Source of the DNA: Macrostomum lignano
Lineage: Eukaryota
Assembly (NCBI GenBank): GCA_002269645.1
Contig: NIVC01001654.1
Location: 1 to 64,000, forward strand
Length of the DNA stretch: 64,000 bases
Direction: 5' to 3'
Part shown: positions 58,149 to 64,000 of the stretch, piece by piece
How positions within the stretch are numbered: position 1 is the stretch's first letter
Layout: every line of letters starts with the position of its first letter
Notes under the pieces: model-generated
What the model saw: the letters and a program-made list of their open reading frames with translations, nothing else
Databases searched by the model: none
What the model was told of the DNA's origin: nothing
Program-made: the position numbers and the translations under genes

Positions 58149-60189
58149 ACTGCATCTTCAACCAACTTTCTGCAGGACATAGTATAACAACTCTCTGATA
58201 GCATCTTTTAACTGTCATTTAATTTGAGTTTTCTTAGCAAATAAAGGAAAAATATGGGTTTCTAATTTTAATCCTGAACTCCTAGTTTCTAAGCAAAAAT
58301 TGGGATCCTAATCCCACCTACCCAATCCCTAAAATTTCGATTCTATCCAACCTCTATATATGGCAATATATTATATAACAATTTCAATCCCACTCTTATA
58401 TAATCATAAAATCCTAAAAATCAAAATCACCTATAGGTTAATCCAAAAATGAATATAGAAAATTTTTTTTCGTGTCTTTCAAAAATTTTAACCAAACAGA
58501 GAATTTTTGTAGCGCCATAACAATAAAAAATGGATTAGACAACTAATTTCTATTTAAAACATGATTTAAAAGATTGGTAAGTTGAAATGCGAAGTTTTTA
58601 TTGCGTAAAAAAGTTTGGAAAATTCAACAAAATGAATGTCTTTTTTGAAGCATCTTCCTTTAAAATAACAATAATTTTACTTGTACTAAATGGGGACACT
58701 CTATTTTGGTGTCATTTTTTTTCTTTTTATCATAGTTGTTTTGTTTTACTACTTAATATTATTTAAAAAGTGTTAGCCATTTTGATTTTTTAAAACAAAG
58801 TATGTCTTCCGTTTTTGATTTCCACTTATCAACACCTATTGTGTCTACTGATCGATGCCTAGAATTTAATTTTGGTAAGTTGGCTGTATCTGTATTATTA
58901 TATATTTTAAAATTTCTTGTGCATTCATATTGTCCTGCAATTTCTTTGACACTAATGAAGATATTTGTTTCTGAATATTGCAAAACATTTTTTGAGCAAT
59001 ACTCTAATAGCATAAGGTGTCTACTTACCGATGGCTATTCATTATTGTGTAGCAGTTCTTCTAGTATTTTTATGTTTCTTCCCACTATTCCTATCTAATT
59101 TGAGTGTGTTTTACCATGTTTTACTGTAGGAAATTGATTTAAATAGTGTTTGTGAGAGATGCCATATTATTAAAATAGCACAAAATGTCCACTTACTGAT
59201 GGCATTGATCAGTGGACAAGTGACATCAGTAAGTGGACAAAGAACATCAGTGAGTGAATTAATTAGTTTTTGCAAGTGAATAAACTGACTTATAAGGTAC
59301 TCCAACAATTTAAAATGTATTTTAAAGAATTTTTGCTTATAAAGATCTATTCTTTTTAAAATGCATGAAGGCTTTCAACTATAAAGACCTGAAAACCACA
59401 AGGACTCTTAGTGACTCTTTAAAATATTGAAATAAGCACTTCATATTGCTTTAAATTAATATTTCGCTATTATTTGACTTAGAAGAGGTTTGAAATAATG
59501 ATTAATAATTAATAAATAAATCATATCTTATTTAACATTTTTCGCCTAATTTTATTCCAGACTACAAGTCTTATCTGTGCTATGGTCAATTGCAAACTCA
59601 AAGAAAGCCCAACAGGTAAGTTTCACAATTTGTTTAACTTTTTAATTATTTATCAACATTTATCAGATATTTATCAATATCTAGATAACAAAGCTAATAA
59701 AACTGCAAGTCTATTTTTAATTTCCTCTTTTCTTCATAGGTTCATCTGGCAAAGTAAAAAGACCTTCAATGGATCATGGTTTCAACTAGTCTGGTGGTTT
59801 GCAGAGTGCGGCCAAAAATAGTTCTGAGGTCATAAACATCACAATGATTGATTTCCTATTCTTTGGAAGAGGACAAGTTTGAGTGTATTGAAGAACTTTA
59901 TGTTTTATATAATAATGCCCTCTAAACCCTACATCAGGATTGAGTGAATGATCATTGATGAGATGCCAATAATGGTTGATAGCTCTTGCATTGTAGCTTG
60001 GCAATCAATATCTAGAGCATGACACACAAGCTCAATGTTTGACCTATTGACAATGGTGGCAAGCTAGTCACTCCATAGAACATGCATGCGCAACCTCCAG
60101 AATTCAGTTGGCCATGTGACTTAGTCTTAACAAAAAAATGCAACAGTTTTTGGCCAAAAGTGTGATTTACATATAAAAGAAACCCTAAA

Positions 60190-60272
60190 GCAAAATTAAT
60201 GCAAGTCTGGGTAAATGGTAGGAGTAACTATAACTGTCTTACTAAGGCAAAATGCCTCATTATCTACTTAGT
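60190..60272 (+). pseudogene. Decayed ~80-bp 28S rDNA fragment spanning the R2 / I-PpoI target region
   Basis: GGGTAAATGGTAGGAGTAACTATAACTGTCTTACTAAGGCAAAATGCCTCATTATCTACTTAGT aligns colinearly with the conserved LSU sequence GGGTAAACGGCGGGAGTAACTATGACTCTCTTAAGGTAGCCAAATGCCTCGTCATCTAATTAGT (reference recalled, not searched). Confidence 0.8.
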
Positions 60273-61059
60273 ACTTAGTACTACTTGGGTTTTATTCAAG
60301 TGGGCATTTTTGTGACTTACCTTGGTTGGCTAAAAAATTGGTTGGCCGGATCAGCTAGCTCAGCTAATTGTTACATATGTATGCCATAGAAAGTCATTGA
60401 CTATCTCTTAGCTATCTTCAAAGTGCTGCACCCACTTGTTGACCATGTTTTTTGATGTTTGGCTATATATTCACCAAATGTTGCTTGCATCTCACAAAGA
60501 ATTTTTGCTTATTGCTTTCCTTGCCTCTACAAATCCAAATAATGCTTTGCTTTTCTTCTTCATTATTAAGCATAGTAGAAAAATTTGTGTATATCTAAAA
60601 AACTACACAAAGGAAATGCTTGGTTCAAACAAGACCATTCTTACTTTAAAACATTCAAGGTATGATTTTTGTCTATGGTATAAAATACCAAGACAAAATA
60701 GGCCTAGTGACTTAAAAAAGATTGCATATTTGATTGTGGACTTTCTAAACAACCCTTGTATTTATTAAGCAGTTAAAATGTCTATATAAATATAGAACCA
60801 TACTATTATACTTGAAAAAAAATATTATACTTTATGTTTTGCAATGTATAAAAGGAATATAACTATTATAAAAATTATTCAAATATTACAACTGCATTAT
60901 AAAAAAGTTATAAGAAAGAAAAACCCAAGTTTAATAAACTACATTGCTATATATATAATTCTTAAAAAAAGAAATGTTTTTTTTCAAATCATAAGCAACT
61001 TTGTTTTGTTAAATTCTTTTTTAATAATGTATATTAATTAAAATATTTTATTTATACTA

Positions 61060-61708
61060 TAGTGTTCCACCATAAGGAGGGTCCATGTACCGTAGCCATA
61101 GCCATAAGAAAAACTATGGCTTATTCCAATTCTCTGTATTCTGTAGCCGTAGAAACCCTGAAATTACTATATTCCCATAGTTCCCGTAGCTATAGCCGTA
61201 GTTTTAACAAAAAGTCTAAAAAATAAAATATTTTGAATCAAGACGATAACCTAATGCTTAAACAACTATAAATTAAGTTAGAAAATAAAAGAAACACTAA
61301 ATTGCCTTTGTAAGATTATATTTTGTCTTTTTTCAAAGCAACAATACTTAATTGTTACTGAAAGTACTAACACTAAACTTTTTCACATTAATAAAAATTA
61401 GTGTTTGCTAGTGTTTTATTATACTTTTTTAGGTATATTTTATAAGTTTCTAGGTTGATAATATAGTTTACTAAAAGTATCTTTGTTTTAATCTACTGTT
61501 TCTAATATTTTTTTTAAATTTTTAACATTAATAACTATAGCTATAGGAATCTACCGAATGGGACAGCAACTACCATATTTCCGTAGTTGTAGCTGTAAGA
61601 GCAGCTAGCTATTATAGGCATATCCATAGCTGCCATAGGCACCTATTTTACTGTATTTGACATAGGATCCCATAGCCATAGCTATGGCTATGGTATGGCG
61701 GAACACTA
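61060..61708. mobile_element. ~650-bp non-autonomous TIR element (hAT-like TAG ends) with subterminal (C/G)TAGCYATAG-type repeats
   Basis: TAGTGTTCCACCATA at 61060-61074 versus TATGGCGGAACACTA at 61694-61708 (14/15 inverted match). Clustered CCGTAG/CCATAG motifs near both ends; AT-rich centre; no matching 8-bp TSD. Confidence 0.7.
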
Positions 61709-62999
61709 CTAGGCCTATACTATCAAGCTCTATCATATTTTCTAAGAGATGTCACCAATATACTAAAAATGAAAATCTTGCTTGTTTGTATTTTCTAAAC
61801 TTTTAAAATGTCACTTGACATTTAATTTATAATTTTTATTGACTATCTAGAAACATGAAACCTTACAAAATTATATTATTCATGACTTAACTTAAGTCAT
61901 GAATAGGTTATAAGGCTTTTAATGCAAAGCCAAAATTTTTTTATTATTTTCTTTGCCTTTCTTCTAGCCCTCTTTTTTCATCCAAACAAAACAATTATTG
62001 CAAGCATGAAAAATAATAAAAAATTGACAAAATGATAAAATGAGAAATAGGATAAGGAAAAAGGCTTAAATTTAACAATAACCCTCTTAAGATATAAATT
62101 ATTGAAAAAAACTTGTAAATTTAGTAGGGTCTAGTAGGCCTATGCTACCTAGTAGGCTAGTAGTAGTAGGCTGCGAGGCCCTAGTACATAGTTTTAATAG
62201 GAATTTAGGTCTATTAAGCTCAATTCAAATAGCTGTTGTTAGCTGGGTCTGTTTCTCCTTTGCAAAATAATTTATCAAAAACAAAATTATTTTATATAAA
62301 TCAATTTTACAAATAATTACACTATAGGGGGCCTAGCCTAGGGTAGGCCTTACTTTTGTGTATTGTATTGCTTTTTGCTATAATCTATACAGTACAGCTA
62401 CAGGCAAGCATAGCAAACCAAACGTCGAAAAAATGAAGAATAAAACAGTAAACCGTTTTAAAAGTCATTTAAGCCTGTGGAATTGATTGTTAATGATTTT
62501 GACAGTTACTTGCCGCCTTCTTCACTAAAGTGTTGAAAGCGGAACTTTCCAGGGTTAAAAAATCCCAATGAAAAATAAACGAAAAATAAAGTTCGTCTGC
62601 CGCTATTTTTACAATTATCGCCCGCTTGTGCGTTTTATACGAACAATGAAATTTATCTTCTTATAACTGTATAACTTGAGAGTTATAAATATTGTTAATT
62701 CATCAGGAAATTATCACGTTCGATCACAGCTGTCAAAAAAAGCATTGCGTTAACTAATTTTACCACTCGCTGGGGAGATGCGTCACTGCAAGCCCGAAAT
62801 ATCCCAAACAGGAAATAGAAATATCATAACTCCAAAACTTCTTGCAACGTCCAAATAATCCCGAAAACCAAAACTGCTGGGCGTTGCTAGAGCTTTAGGA
62901 GTTAGGGGGTTTGTGATTTTTCAGGTTTGTGATATTTTGGGTTGTCAACGGCGACTGCTTGCTTGAACATTATGACTTACATATCTTTATTTACTTGTA

Positions 63000-63218
63000 C
63001 TTTTTGTACATGTACATGTACACTTATAGGCATGTACACTTAACTGTGCCTTGGGGTTGGCCTTCAAGGGCATTAATTTCACAAGCAGACCCAAGCCGAG
63101 ATTCCAATTTGGCCCCATGTAAATGCACTTGAATGTCTGAATATAAAAGCTGTAAGGGATCGACCGGAGAGCCCACTGGCACCAATTAAAAAGAGCGCGT
63201 TAGACCACGACATGCCCC
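63000..63218 (-). mobile_element. Second tRNA-derived SINE sharing the central domain of the 16576-16946 SINE
   Basis: Minus strand: A-box-like TGGTCTAACG and B-box-like GGTCGATCCC; core AATTGGAATCTCGGCTTGG...CCTTGA..GCCAACCCC..AAGGC.CAG..AAGTGTACATGCCTA; (TGTACA)n-type tail; a TTTTT run inside the head. Confidence 0.75.
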
Positions 63219-64000
63219 CTTTCATATTCTTTCGCAACAATACTTTTGTTCGCTGATTTAACCTATTAAAAATAGTATCATCTTTTAGGAACACTAGATA
63301 AGAAAATGAGGTATATCACGACATTTTTACTGATCTAAACTACATGTAGATTCAACAGCTTTCGAGCCAAATCTAAAAAAATATGTAAAGGCGCAATGAA
63401 CATACCTGACCTGCATGTAGAGTAGTAAATTAATTAACTTTTATGTTTTTTCAAACACTTATATAGCTTATAATATAAAAGTATTTTCACATGACACACA
63501 GTGATGACGAAAATCTTTTGTTAATAATTAGATCCTTCCTCTGAAAGGCTCTAGCTGTACATGCATGTACCTTACGCATGTCATTTTTATCGAACATGCT
63601 GTACATGTACTTCTTTGTAAAGCTAGATCTAGCCATTTTGCCGAGTTGTTTATAGATCTTGATGTCAACCCACTTTAACCTAGCTGCCACTTGACGCCTG
63701 CAAAGATCGTCAGGAAAGCTATCTTCTCGATCTCGGCTTTAGTATTTTAATTGCTTTACATTTGCTTACTTTTACATTATATTAAACAAAAATTTATGTA
63801 TAATCATATCATGCTTGAAACACGGACTACTTAATTGTCGTTTATATAGGACGCAACACGCACGATTCGTGTAATTTTTTTTGGAGGCTGAATTTCCCTT
63901 AGCGTATACTATAGATTTAGCAGGGCATTGAAATGTTTTTATCATAGAATGCAGATCTTTTTAGTTTTTAGAGTGTTTTTTGTTTTTGTCCCATTTTTTA

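Noticed and set aside
58759-59100. Second GIY-YIG relic (SVSRHL...PKLN)
   Set aside because: The diagnostic YVGxT...R..EH motif is not recognisable; similarity is too weak in AT-rich DNA.
59881-60125. Decayed transposase frame (IDNGGKLVTP)
   Set aside because: Nine stops in ~80 codons and only a short generic motif; not distinguishable from chance.
63487-63690. Minus-strand ORF as an exon of a gene beyond the window end
   Set aside because: No recognisable domain and ambiguous splice sites.

Overview
Eukaryotic (metazoan) genomic DNA with spliceosomal introns and no prokaryotic features. By my manual tally about 40-45% of the window is tandem repeat, and most large introns carry their own private minisatellite. 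This architecture, together with an ankyrin-kinase gene and a GC-rich IAP, resembles a Macrostomum-type flatworm genome (inference only). Genes reconstructed by hand from splice sites: (1) a disrupted ankyrin-repeat Ser/Thr kinase; (2) two tandem ELOVL1/7-like fatty-acid elongases with identical intron positions; (3) a BIR-UBA-RING IAP; (4) five divergent head-to-tail tetraspanins on the minus strand that share four phase-0 introns; (5) a secreted WSC-domain gene inside that cluster, between two blocks of one 48-bp satellite. Mobile DNA comprises a 5'-truncated RNase H-bearing LINE with a 13-bp TSD, a complete tRNA-headed SINE with a 15-bp TSD whose 3' end resembles that LINE's 3' end, a second SINE with the same core, a Penelope GIY-YIG relic and three TIR elements. 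A decayed 28S rDNA fragment covering the R2 target site lies in an AT-rich, CpG-poor block near the right end. Most long ORFs in the supplied track are translations of tandem repeats. All coordinates and counts are manual; no database searches were run.
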